Positions 19,490-29,650 of a DNA stretch of 64,000 nt are shown in pieces. The translations under genes and the position numbers were made by a program. The notes below the pieces were generated by a model, which had not been told where the DNA came from, made no database searches, and saw nothing but the letters and a program-made list of their open reading frames with translations. This stretch comes from Opitutaceae bacterium (lineage in GTDB: Bacteria > Verrucomicrobiota > Verrucomicrobiia > Opitutales > Opitutaceae): NCBI GenBank assembly GCA_049428505.1, contig JBMTAG010000001.1, positions 13,154 through 77,153 on the forward strand, in the 5' to 3' direction. The stretch's first letter is position 1. The number at the start of each line of letters is the position of its first letter.

Positions 19490-21250
19490 ATGCATAGTTT
19501 TTCCGAGCAGTGTCTCGACATGGCCCGTTCGATGCTGGGCCACAACCTCGACTCCATCCAGCCCGACGGCACCATCCTGCCCGCGCACCAGGAGCAATCC
19601 CGGCCGGATGAACCGGGACATGTCGCCTTCGCCCTCGGCGAATTTTACCGGGCGACCGGGGAGACCACGCTCAAGGGGCACGACCTGGTCGACCTGGCGG
19701 CCCGCTGCATCACGGCGCAGATGTTCACCGAGCCCGCCGCCGAAAACGGCCTCGCGTATGCGGCCCTCGGCCTGCTCGCCTTCGGGCCCTCCAAGGAGCG
19801 CAACCCCGTCTGGGAACGACTGGTCGAGGAGACCCAGCAGCGCATCGACAAGTCCCTGCTGCACCGCAGCGACTACGACAATCACTGGCAGGCCTTCAAC
19901 ATCGCCAAGGCCGTCGCCCGCTTCAGCCTCGGTCTCTCCAAGAAGGATGAGACCTCGCGCCTGATCGAGCGGATGTGCGACCGCATCGGCCAGACGAGCT
20001 CGAACGGTTTCTTCGACGACTCGACCGAGGGCCTCGGGGGCAACTTCAACCTCTACGGGGTGATGGCGTTCGTCTTCACCCGCTCCGCCCTGCAGCTCCA
20101 CGCCAACAGCGGGGTGCGCGATCGCAAGCTGCCGACCCTCCGCACCTACGCGGAGAAATACATCAAGATGATGCCCGACCTCGTCCGCCAGGACGGTCTC
20201 GGGTGGGCCTTCGGCCGCGCCGCCGGAGCCTACGGCCAGATGCACTGCATCAGCCTCATCCTGCAGGGCCTCCGCGACGGCTGGATCGCCGACGACCAGA
20301 AGGTCAAGTACTACGACATCCTGCGCCGGTTGTTCATGTTCTTCTACGAGACCTACCTCGATCAGGAGCACGGCTTCCTCGACCTGCGCGACGAAGAACG
20401 CACCGCCTACGGCCAGCACACCACGCGGATGGCGAACTTCGATGCCGCCCGCTACCTGTGCCAGTGGTCCCGCCTGGCCAAGACCGTGCAGATGCCCCCC
20501 GGCGCTCCGAAGGTGGAACCCAACCGCACCTCGGGCCGCTTCGTCATCTTCGACAAGTCCAACCGCAAGGAGCAGGGCCTGTTCCTCTACCGCGACGCCG
20601 ACTCCGGCCTTCACCTGCAGATTCCGCTCGTCAGCTCCGGCTCCACCCTCACCAGCGACTCGCTCGCCTTTCCCCACGCCCCCGGGATCTTCGACTGGCC
20701 CAATAACGTCTATTGTCCGATCATGCTGCCCGAGCTCACGTTCGGGGAGCAGGTCACGCTGCCCGCCTTCTACGGCAAGAACTGCGTCACGGGCCTCGGC
20801 CTGCGCAACAGCTTCTTCTTCCGCTACGAGCAGCCCGAGCTCATCAATGGCCGCGAGGAGTTCGTGCGCGGCCTCGGCAGCGTGAAGGTCAACTGGACGT
20901 TTGCCGGGAACAAGATCGGCTGCGAATTCGCCTACACCGTCCGCCAGCAGGTGACGCTCGATAAGTTCCGCTACGTTCTCGCCATCGCCGCCCCCCACTC
21001 TCGCTACCGTGCCTCCGGTTCGGTGACCCTGGGCGCTCAAGGTCACCGCTGCAGCGTGGCCAAGGACGACTTCCAGGCCACCTGGCGCGAGACGGAAGTG
21101 GTGAGTGCGGACCCCGCCTACCGCACCAACTACGGCAAGATCCACTACCTGCAGTCGCTGGTCCGGGACCATCCGCTCATCATGCGGCCGGGCCAGGTGT
21201 ACCGGCTGGCGGTAAACTTCGAGCCCGACGTCGCGCGCGTGGACGCCTGA
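19490..21250 (+). CDS. hypothetical protein (586 aa)
   Basis: Balanced, protein-like composition rich in K, F, Y, N, M and W, unlike the antisense ORF. No signal peptide and no motif I can name. Confidence 0.6.
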   Translation: MHSFSEQCLDMARSMLGHNLDSIQPDGTILPAHQEQSRPDEPGHVAFALGEFYRATGETTLKGHDLVDLAARCITAQMFTEPAAENGLAYAALGLLAFGPSKERNPVWERLVEETQQRIDKSLLHRSDYDNHWQAFNIAKAVARFSLGLSKKDETSRLIERMCDRIGQTSSNGFFDDSTEGLGGNFNLYGVMAFVFTRSALQLHANSGVRDRKLPTLRTYAEKYIKMMPDLVRQDGLGWAFGRAAGAYGQMHCISLILQGLRDGWIADDQKVKYYDILRRLFMFFYETYLDQEHGFLDLRDEERTAYGQHTTRMANFDAARYLCQWSRLAKTVQMPPGAPKVEPNRTSGRFVIFDKSNRKEQGLFLYRDADSGLHLQIPLVSSGSTLTSDSLAFPHAPGIFDWPNNVYCPIMLPELTFGEQVTLPAFYGKNCVTGLGLRNSFFFRYEQPELINGREEFVRGLGSVKVNWTFAGNKIGCEFAYTVRQQVTLDKFRYVLAIAAPHSRYRASGSVTLGAQGHRCSVAKDDFQATWRETEVVSADPAYRTNYGKIHYLQSLVRDHPLIMRPGQVYRLAVNFEPDVARVDA

Positions 21251-21284
21251 GGCGCCCCGCGGCCGCCGTCTCCGGTTCCCGCCG

Positions 21285-22046
21285 ATGCTCTCCCGGCGCA
21301 TTATCCCCTGCCTGGACGTCAACGCCGGGCGGGTCGTCAAGGGCGTCAAGTTCCGGGAACTCCGGGACGCCGGGGATCCGGTGCAGTGCGCGCGCGCCTA
21401 CGATCGCCAGGGCGCCGATGAACTGGTCTTCCTCGATATCACCGCCTCGAGCGATGATCGCGGCATCATGCGGGAGGTCGTGGCGGCGACCGCGGAGCAA
21501 TGCTTCATGCCCCTCACGGTGGGCGGCGGCCTGCGTCAGGTCAGCGACATCGAGGCGATGCTGCGGAGCGGGGCGGACAAGGTCTCCCTCAACACGGCCG
21601 CCATCCGGGAGCCGCGCCTTGTCCGCGAGGCCGCCGACCGGTTCGGCGCCCAATGCATCGTCGTGGCCATCGATGCCAAGCGGGAGCCGGACGGCCGCTC
21701 CTGGCGGGTTTACACCCACGGGGGCCGCAACGCCACGCCGCTCGACGCCGTCGCGTGGGCGCGGGAGGCGGTGGCCCTCGGCGCCGGAGAAATCCTGCTC
21801 ACCAGCATGGACGCCGACGGCACCCAAGCCGGCTACGACTGCGCCCTCACCCGCGCCGTGAGCGATGCCGTGCCGGTACCGGTGATCGCCAGTGGCGGGG
21901 CGGGAACCATGGCCCACTTCGCGGAAGTGCTGGAGCAGGGCCGCGCCAGCGCCGTGCTGGCGGCGAGCCTGTTTCACTTCGGCACCTTCACCATTCCGCA
22001 GGTCAAGGACTACCTCGCCCTGCAGGGCCTGCCCGTCCGTCGCTAA
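21285..22046 (+). CDS. hisF: imidazole glycerol phosphate synthase, cyclase subunit
   Basis: [23 protein letters not shown]...[11 protein letters not shown]...PLTVGGGL...[10 protein letters not shown]...IVVAIDAK...[17 protein letters not shown]...PVIASGGAG. Confidence 0.95.
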   Translation: MLSRRIIPCLDVNAGRVVKGVKFRELRDAGDPVQCARAYDRQGADELVFLDITASSDDRGIMREVVAATAEQCFMPLTVGGGLRQVSDIEAMLRSGADKVSLNTAAIREPRLVREAADRFGAQCIVVAIDAKREPDGRSWRVYTHGGRNATPLDAVAWAREAVALGAGEILLTSMDADGTQAGYDCALTRAVSDAVPVPVIASGGAGTMAHFAEVLEQGRASAVLAASLFHFGTFTIPQVKDYLALQGLPVRR

Positions 22047-22591
22047 CCAACCGCCGGGGCCGCGTTGTCATTCCCGGCCGCCGCCGGAGCCTTGGGGGCT
22101 CCGACCAGGACGCTGAGCTGCTCCTGGACCGCGACGAAGAACTCGGCCGTGAGCTCCCCGGCCGGCACCTCGAAGACCGCCTTGGAGCGGGCATGCTCGT
22201 AGCGAAGGCGCAGCCCGTCCGCCGACCTGCCCCGCGGCCGCAGCACCTTCTTGCGCTCCAGCATCAGCGCGAGGAACTGCAGCAGCCGGGTATTCTCGGG
22301 CGTCGGTTCGGTGGTCGGATCAGCGAGGGTGACGAACAGGCTCTCGGCGGTGAGCTTCAGGGTGCGGTCGGAGTTCTCCCCGGCCCGGCGCGGCCGGAAC
22401 GCCTGCACCCAGCGGCAGGCAACCCGGCCAGGCGGAGTGAAGGCCGCCAGGTGCTGCTCCAGGACGTCGCACCGCACGATCTCCAACGTCGGTCCGACCT
22501 GAACCAGGTGGCTGGCCACGCGGGCCCCGGCCACGAAAGGCTCTCCTGAAACCTGACAGGCGGTCGCGACGGGCTGCAGGGATAACTCCAT
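22043..22591 (-). CDS. hypothetical protein (182 aa)
   Basis: Protein-like composition. Its stop overlaps the hisF stop region by 4 nt (convergent). No family recognised. Confidence 0.45.
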   Translation of the reverse strand: MELSLQPVATACQVSGEPFVAGARVASHLVQVGPTLEIVRCDVLEQHLAAFTPPGRVACRWVQAFRPRRAGENSDRTLKLTAESLFVTLADPTTEPTPENTRLLQFLALMLERKKVLRPRGRSADGLRLRYEHARSKAVFEVPAGELTAEFFVAVQEQLSVLVGAPKAPAAAGNDNAAPAVG

Positions 22592-22638
22592 AGACAGGCC
22601 AAGGACTAGGGACGGCCCCGCCGGAGGCTAGCCCGAAG

Positions 22639-23295
22639 ATGACGCGGGCCTGCAGAAAAACATTCCCACGACCGGAGGCCACCGCCAGCTTCAGCGGGAA
22701 CGTGGCCGCGGCGCCCTCCAACCCCTCCGACCTCCTCCTGCTCGCCGTCGACCTGCAGCCCGGGCTGCTGGCCGCGCTGGATCCGGCGGGGACCTTGGCG
22801 CGCGACTGCCGGTTCGCCCTCGCCGCCGCAACCGGCCTGGGACTCCCGGTCGCCTTCACCGAGCAGGTGCCGGCCAAGCTCGGCGCCACCCCGGCCGCCC
22901 TCCGCGCCGCCGCGCCCGCCGCCCCGGCGTGGGCGAAACAGGCCTTTTCCGCGCTGGGGGACGAGAAGATCCGCGCGGCCCTGCTCGGCCCCACCGGTCC
23001 ACGGCACCTCCTGCTCGCCGGGATCGAGACGCCCATCTGCGTCTACCAGACGGCGATCGACGCGCTCCGCGCGGACCTCGAGGTGACCGTGCTCACGGAC
23101 TGCGTGGGCGCCCGACGGCCCGCGGACGCCGCGGCCGCGCTCGACGCGCTGGCGCGGCTCGGCTGCCACCTCCTGCCGGCGGAAACCGTGTTCTACGCGC
23201 TGGTGCAAGCCGCCGGCCACCCGTTCTTCCGGGGGTTGACCGCGCTCGTCAAGGCGCGGGCCGACGAGCACCGATCCGCGGGTCCGAACTTATGA
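22639..23295 (+). CDS. isochorismatase-family cysteine hydrolase
   Basis: LLLLAVDLQ near the N-terminus, and LLLAGIETPICVYQTAIDA, which carries the catalytic Cys motif. The true start may lie downstream of 22639. Confidence 0.65.
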   Translation: MTRACRKTFPRPEATASFSGNVAAAPSNPSDLLLLAVDLQPGLLAALDPAGTLARDCRFALAAATGLGLPVAFTEQVPAKLGATPAALRAAAPAAPAWAKQAFSALGDEKIRAALLGPTGPRHLLLAGIETPICVYQTAIDALRADLEVTVLTDCVGARRPADAAAALDALARLGCHLLPAETVFYALVQAAGHPFFRGLTALVKARADEHRSAGPNL

Positions 23296-24302
23296 GCAAC
23301 GTCCCCACCCCCGTACTGGTCCGAGAGCTCAAGGCGCTGGGCACCGAGGCCAGCGGCCGGCCGTTCGCCGCCGTACTGGTGGTGAAGAAGGCCGCGCTGA
23401 AGACCGCCAGCAACGGCAACGGCTTCCTGAGCGCCGAGCTCGGCGACCGCACCGGCTCGTTCAGTTGCACCGTGTTCGGGGACAGCCCGGTCTTCGACGC
23501 CCTCCGGGCCGCGGGCGAGGGCGGCGTGGTTCGGATCGAAGCGCGGATCGACTACTACCAGGGCCGGCTTTCCCCGCGGCTGCAGCAGGTGGAGGCGCTC
23601 GGCGAGGAGGAACTGGGCGCGCCGGGCGTGATCGACAATCTCGTCGAGTTGGCCCCCGAGGATCCGCAGGCGCTCTGGGCGGAGCTCGAGGCGTGCATCG
23701 CCGCGCTCCGGCACGAGGAACTCCGGGCCGCGGTGCGCGGGGTCTTTGAGGAGATCGGGAGCACCTTCCGCTGGTCCCCGGCGGCCGTTGCGATGCACCA
23801 TGCCTACCGGCACGGCCTGCTGGAACACACCGTCCGGATGGCAAGGGCGTGTCGTGCGCTCCTGCCCCTGTATCCGGAGGTGGACGCCGACCTCGCCCTC
23901 GCCGGCATCCTGCTCCATGATACCGGCAAGGCGATCGAGTACGAGGGCTCGCTCGCCACGCGCCGGAGCCGCCGCGGGATCCTGCAGGGCCACGTGGTCC
24001 TCGGCTACCAGCTCGCCCGGAAGCACGGGATGAAGGCCCGACTGGACGCGGACCGCCTCGAGCGCCTCGAACACATCATCCTCTCCCATCAGGGCGAACC
24101 CGAGTGGGGTGCGGCCGTGTACGCGGCCACCCCCGAGGCGGTCTTCGTATCGATGATCGACAACCTCGATGCCCGCATGGGAATGGTCCAGCGCACCTTG
24201 CGCCAGGCCGCCCCGGGCGAAGAGTTCTCCGAGCGTCTCCCGGGACTCAATTCCGCCCTACTCACGAAGCCGCTGCCCGCCCCGTCCGCCCCGCCGGCCT
24301 GA
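23292..24302 (+). CDS. OB-fold plus HD-domain nuclease (YhaM-like 3'-5' exoribonuclease family)
   Basis: Internal ATG of ORF 22929..24302, overlapping the upstream stop (ATGA). The N-terminal OB-like part is FLSAELGDRTGSFSCTVFGDSP...VRIEARIDYYQGR. The HD motif is AGILLHDTGKAIEY...HIILSHQG. Confidence 0.7.
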   Translation: MSNVPTPVLVRELKALGTEASGRPFAAVLVVKKAALKTASNGNGFLSAELGDRTGSFSCTVFGDSPVFDALRAAGEGGVVRIEARIDYYQGRLSPRLQQVEALGEEELGAPGVIDNLVELAPEDPQALWAELEACIAALRHEELRAAVRGVFEEIGSTFRWSPAAVAMHHAYRHGLLEHTVRMARACRALLPLYPEVDADLALAGILLHDTGKAIEYEGSLATRRSRRGILQGHVVLGYQLARKHGMKARLDADRLERLEHIILSHQGEPEWGAAVYAATPEAVFVSMIDNLDARMGMVQRTLRQAAPGEEFSERLPGLNSALLTKPLPAPSAPPA

Positions 24303-24322
24303 ACCTCCGCCCCTTTTCCCCC

Positions 24323-25900
24323 ATGCGCCTCCCCACCCTGCTCCTCCCCCTGCTGGTCGCCGCCGCGGAAGCTGCGGCGCCCGCCGCCCGGCCGAACATC
24401 CTGTTCATCTTTTCCGACGACCACGCGCGCCACGCGATCGGCGCCTACGGCTCGAAGGTGAACCAGACGCCCCACCTCGACCGACTCGCGCGGGAAGGGA
24501 CCCGCTTCGAGCACTGCTTCGTCACGAACTCGATCTGCACCCCCAGCCGGGCCGTCGTCCTCACGGGAAAGTACTCCCACGCCAACGGGGTGCCGGTGTT
24601 CAACGTGTTCGACGGCGCGCAGCCGCACGTCGCGCGGATGCTGCAGGCCGCGGGCTACCATACCGGGATGATCGGCAAATGGCACCTGGGGAGCATGCCG
24701 ACGGGCTTCGACCGCTGGATCATCCTGCCCGGACAAGGCCTCTACCATAACCCCGACTTCCTCACGCCCCACGGCCGGCTGACGCTGACCGGCCACGTCT
24801 CGCCGCTGACGACCCGGCTTGGGATCGAGTTCCTGGAGACCCGCCCGAAGGACCGGCCGTTTTTCCTGATGCTCCACCACAAGGCGCCCCACCGGGCGTG
24901 GGAACCTGACGCCGCCAACAAAGCCCGCTTCCGCGACCGCGTCATCCCCGAACCCGAGACCCTTTGGGACGACTACGCGACCCGTCCGGCGGCCCTGCCG
25001 GAGAACCGGCAGACGGTCGCCAACGATCTGACGCGCCGGGACCTGAAGCTCGAGCCGCCCGCCGACCTGGCGCCCGGGCCCGCGCGCCAGCAGTGGCTGA
25101 ACGTGAAGCCCACCGAGGTCGAGGTCACCCAGGCGGACGGCACCCGCAAGACCCTCACCGGCCAGGAACTCGTGCGCTGGAAATACCAGCGCTACATGCA
25201 GGACTACCTCGCCTGCGTGCAGGACGTGGACGACAGCGTTGGCGAAGTGCTCGACTACCTCGACCGGAGCGGCCTCGCCCGTGATACCATCGTGATCTAT
25301 TCCGCCGACAACGGGTGGTACCTTGGCGACCTTGGCATGTACGACAAGCGCTTCATGTACGAACCGGGCTTCCACATCCCGCTGCTGGTGCGCGGGCCCG
25401 GCGTGAAGGCCGGCGCCGTCACCTCCCGCTTCGCCCTGAACGCGGATTTTGCGCCGACCTTCCTGGCGCTGGCGGGGCTGCCCGTCCCGCCGGAGATGCA
25501 CGGGCGTTCCCTCGCCCCCATCCTTCGCGGTGCGGAGCCGGCCGACTGGCGGACCTCCGTCTACTACCGTTATTACCACGACCCCGGCCACCACAACACC
25601 CGGGCGCACTACGGCGTGCGCACCGCGACGCACAAGTTGATCCACTACTGGAAGAAGGACGCCTGGGAGCTGTTCGACCTGACGCGTGATCCCAATGAGC
25701 AGCGCAATCTCGCCGGCGACCCCGCCCACTCCGGGCGGCTCGCGGAACTGCGCGCCGAGATCACGCGGCTGCAGCGCGAGCTCGGCGACACCGGGCAATT
25801 CGCAACCGAGATCCCCCGCGACGGCGTCGACGCGCCGGTGAACGTAGCCCGTTTGGGCGAAAAGGACGTGCGCGGAGCCATCGCCCTCGCCCGCCCCTGA
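24323..25900 (+). CDS. sulfatase (formylglycine-dependent, N-acetylglucosamine-6-sulfatase-like)
   Basis: Signal peptide MRLPTLLLPLLVAAAEA. NILFIFSDDH, the formylglycine motif CTPSRAVVLTGKY, GKWHLG and YSADNGW. Confidence 0.9.
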   Translation: MRLPTLLLPLLVAAAEAAAPAARPNILFIFSDDHARHAIGAYGSKVNQTPHLDRLAREGTRFEHCFVTNSICTPSRAVVLTGKYSHANGVPVFNVFDGAQPHVARMLQAAGYHTGMIGKWHLGSMPTGFDRWIILPGQGLYHNPDFLTPHGRLTLTGHVSPLTTRLGIEFLETRPKDRPFFLMLHHKAPHRAWEPDAANKARFRDRVIPEPETLWDDYATRPAALPENRQTVANDLTRRDLKLEPPADLAPGPARQQWLNVKPTEVEVTQADGTRKTLTGQELVRWKYQRYMQDYLACVQDVDDSVGEVLDYLDRSGLARDTIVIYSADNGWYLGDLGMYDKRFMYEPGFHIPLLVRGPGVKAGAVTSRFALNADFAPTFLALAGLPVPPEMHGRSLAPILRGAEPADWRTSVYYRYYHDPGHHNTRAHYGVRTATHKLIHYWKKDAWELFDLTRDPNEQRNLAGDPAHSGRLAELRAEITRLQRELGDTGQFATEIPRDGVDAPVNVARLGEKDVRGAIALARP

Positions 25901-25916
25901 CCGCGGCCGGGCAGGC

Positions 25917-26849
25917 TCAGCCCGCGCCCCGGCTGCGCGGATGGTGCTTGCGGTGGCCGTCGGCGAGCCGCCGCGGCTCCACCGCGGTGTAGATCTGGGT
26001 GGTGGAGATGCTGGCGTGTCCCAGCATCTCCTGGATCGCCCGCAGATCGGCGCCGCCCGCGAGCAAATGCGTCGCGAACGAATGCCGCAGGTCGTGCGGC
26101 TTCACTCGTGGATCGATGCCGGCGCGCCGCGCATGCGCCTTCACGATCATCCAAAGTGCCACGCGCGAAAGACCGCGGCCCCGGTGGTTGAGGAAGACGT
26201 GCCCGCGGGTGTGGGCGCGCACCAATTCCGGACGCCCCCCCGCGAGGTAGTCCCGCAGGGCGCCGCAGGCTTGCCGTCCGACCGGCACCACCCGCTCCTT
26301 GGACCCCTTGCCGAACACGCGCAACCCGCCGCCCTCGAGGTCGAGTTGCGTCAGCAGCAAACCCGCGAGCTCGGAAACCCGCAGCCCGCTCGAGTAGAAG
26401 AGTTCCAGGATCGCCCGGTCCCGCAGGGCGCGCGGCTCCGCCCCGCTGGGGGCGGTCACCAAGCGCGCCACCTCCGGTGCGGACAGCGCGCGGGGCATCC
26501 GGCGTCCCGGTCGCGGGCCGGTCAGCAGGATCGTGAAGTCATCGGTCCGCACCCCGTCGCGCACCAGCTGGCGGGCCAGCATCCGGAGCGCCGAGAGCTT
26601 CCGCGCCACGCTCGCCACGGCGTAGTCGCCCGCGGCGAGGAACTGGAGCCAGGCCGCGGCTTGCTCACCGGTGACCCCGCCCCAATCGGCCGCCCCCCGT
26701 CGGGCGAGAAAGGCGGCGGCCTGATCCAGATCACGCCGGTAGGCGGCCAAGGTGTTGGCGGAAAGCCCGCGCTCGAGCCCGAGGAAGGAGAGCAGCGCGT
26801 CGATCGGACCAGCCCAACCGCCGCGGGACCGGCTGAGGTCGTCGGCCAT
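25917..26849 (-). CDS. tyrosine recombinase, XerC/XerD family
   Basis: LSANTLAAYRRDL in the N-domain. Catalytic R...HxxR...Y: RDRAILELFYSSGLRVSEL, DLRHSFATHLL, GHASISTTQIYTAV. Confidence 0.85.
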   Translation of the reverse strand: MADDLSRSRGGWAGPIDALLSFLGLERGLSANTLAAYRRDLDQAAAFLARRGAADWGGVTGEQAAAWLQFLAAGDYAVASVARKLSALRMLARQLVRDGVRTDDFTILLTGPRPGRRMPRALSAPEVARLVTAPSGAEPRALRDRAILELFYSSGLRVSELAGLLLTQLDLEGGGLRVFGKGSKERVVPVGRQACGALRDYLAGGRPELVRAHTRGHVFLNHRGRGLSRVALWMIVKAHARRAGIDPRVKPHDLRHSFATHLLAGGADLRAIQEMLGHASISTTQIYTAVEPRRLADGHRKHHPRSRGAG

Positions 26850-26869
26850 GGCGAGCGGCCGGGAAGGGC

Positions 26870-27136
26870 CTAGTAATTCCGGCGCCGCGGCGGCGGCGTA
26901 TAGTTGGAGTTCTGCTCCTTCATCCGGAAAGTGATCCGGGCCTTTTCCAGATCGTACGGGCTCATCTCCATCTTCACCGTGTCGCCCGCGGCGATCTTGA
27001 TGAAATTCTTGCGCAGCTTGCCCGAGATGTGCGCGAGCACGATGTGCCCGTTCGACAGTTGAACCTTGAACATCGTGCCGGGCAGCACCGCGACCACCTT
27101 GCCCTCCACCTCGATCGCGTTGTTGTCAGACGACAT
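26870..27136 (-). CDS. infA: translation initiation factor IF-1 (with a 15-aa C-terminal extension)
   Basis: [64 protein letters not shown] aligns along the whole S1-like IF-1 fold. Confidence 0.95.
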   Translation of the reverse strand: MSSDNNAIEVEGKVVAVLPGTMFKVQLSNGHIVLAHISGKLRKNFIKIAAGDTVKMEMSPYDLEKARITFRMKEQNSNYTPPPRRRNY

Positions 27137-27243
27137 GGGAGAACGGAAGGGCGAGCGGGAGGGAGGTGTTGGGCATATGGGCTTTCGAAACCCCTTGTAA
27201 GCCAGAAGGCGGCATCCTTAGTCAAGCTTCCCGCCCTCGTCCT

Positions 27244-27804
27244 ATGGCCGCGCCCCCGCCTCCGTGCCCGTTCCCGAAGCTCCATCCCTCGCAACTGCTC
27301 CGGGACGACGGGTTCTTCATGAGCCTTGCCTACAATCAGGCCATCGCAGCGTGGCGGGCCGGCGAGGTGCCCATCGGGGCGGTGATTGCGGTGAACGGCG
27401 AGATTGTGGCGGCCGCGCACAACACCGTGGAAGCCAACCAGGACCCGACGGCGCACGCGGAGATGCTGGCGCTCACTCAGGCGGCGGCGGCGCGAGGGGA
27501 TTGGCGGCTCGACGGGGCCACCGTCTTTGTGACGAAGGAACCCTGCCCGATGTGCTCCGGCGCGCTGCTGATGAGCCGGGTCCAACGGGTTTGTTACGCC
27601 GTCCCTGATCCCAAGATGGGTTGTCTCGGCGGCGCGACGAACCTCAACCAGCTGCCCCGGATGAACCATCGCCTTGAATTGACCGCCGGCGGGGTCCTCG
27701 AGGCGGAATGCCGCACGCTGCTGCAGGCGTTCTTCCGCGGCCGCCGCGAGGGTGCGGAGGGGGCCATCGAGGGTTCGCCTTGCCCTGCTGCGCCCGCCTC
27801 CTGA
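27244..27804 (+). CDS. tadA: tRNA adenosine(34) deaminase
   Basis: CDA-fold zinc motifs HAEMLAL and PCPMCSGAL. Start is ATG 27244 (the ORF opens at 27166). Confidence 0.85.
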   Translation: MAAPPPPCPFPKLHPSQLLRDDGFFMSLAYNQAIAAWRAGEVPIGAVIAVNGEIVAAAHNTVEANQDPTAHAEMLALTQAAAARGDWRLDGATVFVTKEPCPMCSGALLMSRVQRVCYAVPDPKMGCLGGATNLNQLPRMNHRLELTAGGVLEAECRTLLQAFFRGRREGAEGAIEGSPCPAAPAS

Positions 27805-27814
27805 GCCTCCCGGA

Positions 27815-28840
27815 ATGCGCCGGATCAAGATCGCCCAATTTGGCCTGGGACCCATCGGGAGGGAATCGCTCCGCCTCGCCGCGGAACGCGCGGACCTGGA
27901 GGTCATCGGCGCCGTGGAGATCGACCCGGAGCTGGCCGGTCGCCCGCTGGGCGAGGCCTTGGCGTGCCCGTTGCCCGGGGCGGCCCGCATCCACCCCACT
28001 TTCGCCGCGCTCACCGCCCACGCCGGTCCGCCCGAGGTCCTCCTGCACACCGCGGGTTCGGATGCCACCCGCACCTTTGCGCAGGTGCTCCCGGCGCTCG
28101 AGGCGGGGGTGAGCGTGGCTTCAACCTGCGAGGAACTGATCTTCCCCCGCCTGCGCGCGCCGGAACGGACCAGGGAGATCGACGCCCTCTGCCGCCGCAC
28201 CGGGGCCCGCGTGGTCGGCACCGGCGTCAACCCCGGTTTCGTGATGGATGTGCTTCCGCTTTGCCTGACGGGGGTCTGCCGCGAGGTCTCAGCCGTTTAT
28301 GTGGAGCGGGTCGTCGACGCCCGCACCCGCCGCCACCGGCTCCCGGCGAAGATCGGCAGCGGCCAGGATCCGGCCGAGTGCCGCGCCGGTTTCGCCGCCG
28401 GCACGGCCGGCCACGCCGGCTTCCGGCAGTCGGGCGCCCTGCTGGCCCACGGCCTCGGCTGGGCCCTCGACGAGATCCGCGAGACCTGCGAGCCGGTCGT
28501 GGCGGAGAGCCGGGTCGTGACGCCCCACTTCGACGTGGCCCCAGGCCGGACCCTGGGCTTGCACCAGCGCTGCGTCGGCCTCGCCGGCGGCGAAACCCGT
28601 ATCCGGCTGGACCTGCAGATGTACCTCGGGGCGCCGCTCCCCCACGACGCCATCGTGATCCAGGGCCGCCCCGGCCTGAACGTGCACCTCCAGGGCGGCG
28701 TCGCGGGCGACGACGCCACCGTCGCGGCGCTGCTCAACGTGATTCCCTCCCTGTTGGCAGCACCGCCGGGCGTGCGCCTGCTCACCGAGCTCCCGCTGAC
28801 CGTTGGCCGGAGCAGCCATGCCGGGACCAGGCCGAATTGA
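27815..28840 (+). CDS. NAD(P)-binding DapB-like / amine-dehydrogenase-family oxidoreductase
   Basis: Internal ATG of ORF 27752..28840, giving MRRIKIAQFGLGPIGRE (Rossmann start), then VGTGVNPGFVMD. Confidence 0.55.
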   Translation: MRRIKIAQFGLGPIGRESLRLAAERADLEVIGAVEIDPELAGRPLGEALACPLPGAARIHPTFAALTAHAGPPEVLLHTAGSDATRTFAQVLPALEAGVSVASTCEELIFPRLRAPERTREIDALCRRTGARVVGTGVNPGFVMDVLPLCLTGVCREVSAVYVERVVDARTRRHRLPAKIGSGQDPAECRAGFAAGTAGHAGFRQSGALLAHGLGWALDEIRETCEPVVAESRVVTPHFDVAPGRTLGLHQRCVGLAGGETRIRLDLQMYLGAPLPHDAIVIQGRPGLNVHLQGGVAGDDATVAALLNVIPSLLAAPPGVRLLTELPLTVGRSSHAGTRPN

Positions 28841-28845
28841 AGCCC

Positions 28846-29595
28846 ATGCCTACCGCCCGCTTGTCCACCCGTCCTCTTGCCCTGGTCACCGGCGCTGGCT
28901 CCGGCGTCGGTCGAGCCGCGACCCTGCGGCTCCTGCGCGGCGGCTGGAGCGTGGCCGCCAGCGGCCGGCGAAGCGCAACGCTCCGGGCGACTGCCGCGCT
29001 CGTGCCCGTCAGCCAACGGGCGCACCTCCATCTCCTGCCCTGCGACCTGGCGGATCCCGCGGCGATCGCGCGGCTGGCGGCGCGGGCGGGCCGGATCGGC
29101 CACCGGATCGACGCGCTCGTGAATGCCGCCGGCCACAACATCCCGCGGCGCTCGCTGGAGCTGCTCTCGCCCGAGGACTACCGGGCGGTGATGGCGGCCA
29201 ACGTCGACGGCGTTCTCGCGCTCGTGCAAGCGGTCCTGCCCATGATGCGGCGCGCCGGCCGCGGCACGATCGTGAACGTCGGGTCCGAGGCCGGCCGGCA
29301 GGCCTCGGCGAAGTCGGGGGCCGCGTACGTCATCTCCAAGTTCGGCCTGACCGGACTCACCCAGACGATCAACGCCGAGGAGCGCGACCGCGGCATCCGC
29401 GCCTGCTGCGTGTTCCCCGGCGACATCGATACCCCGCTGCTCGCGAAACGCCCCGCCGCCCCGCCCCCGGAGGCCCGGGCCCGGATGTTGCAGGCGGAGG
29501 ACGTCGCCGAGTGCATCTGGTTCGCGCTTTCCCTGCCGGCGCGGGCGAACGTCGAGGAGATCCTGGTGCGGCCCAGCCGGCCGTGGATCGGCTGA
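28846..29595 (+). CDS. short-chain dehydrogenase/reductase (SDR)
   Basis: Internal ATG of ORF 27964..29595. TGAGSGVGRA, NAAG and the catalytic YVISKFG (YxxxK). Confidence 0.85.
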   Translation: MPTARLSTRPLALVTGAGSGVGRAATLRLLRGGWSVAASGRRSATLRATAALVPVSQRAHLHLLPCDLADPAAIARLAARAGRIGHRIDALVNAAGHNIPRRSLELLSPEDYRAVMAANVDGVLALVQAVLPMMRRAGRGTIVNVGSEAGRQASAKSGAAYVISKFGLTGLTQTINAEERDRGIRACCVFPGDIDTPLLAKRPAAPPPEARARMLQAEDVAECIWFALSLPARANVEEILVRPSRPWIG

Positions 29596-29650
29596 GGGGC
29601 CGGCCCGGGGCTTGCCCCGGGCACCGCCGACACCCAGCCTCCCGCCTCCG

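Noticed and set aside
19442-21349. 635-aa ORF antisense to the 586-aa hypothetical gene
   Set aside because: The composition is dominated by G, A, R, V, E and L, as expected for the reverse frame of a GC-rich gene. No motif is present, and the sense ORF has normal protein composition.
24323-25900. Sulfatase lacking an adjacent maturase as something unusual
   Set aside because: Formylglycine-generating enzymes are normally encoded elsewhere and serve many sulfatases. Isolated sulfatase genes are common in this kind of genome.
25917-26849. Tyrosine recombinase as a marker of an integrated mobile element
   Set aside because: Its sequence pattern and size fit housekeeping XerC/XerD. The neighbours are infA, tadA and a sulfatase. 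There is no adjacent tRNA, no direct repeats, and no phage or transposon genes.
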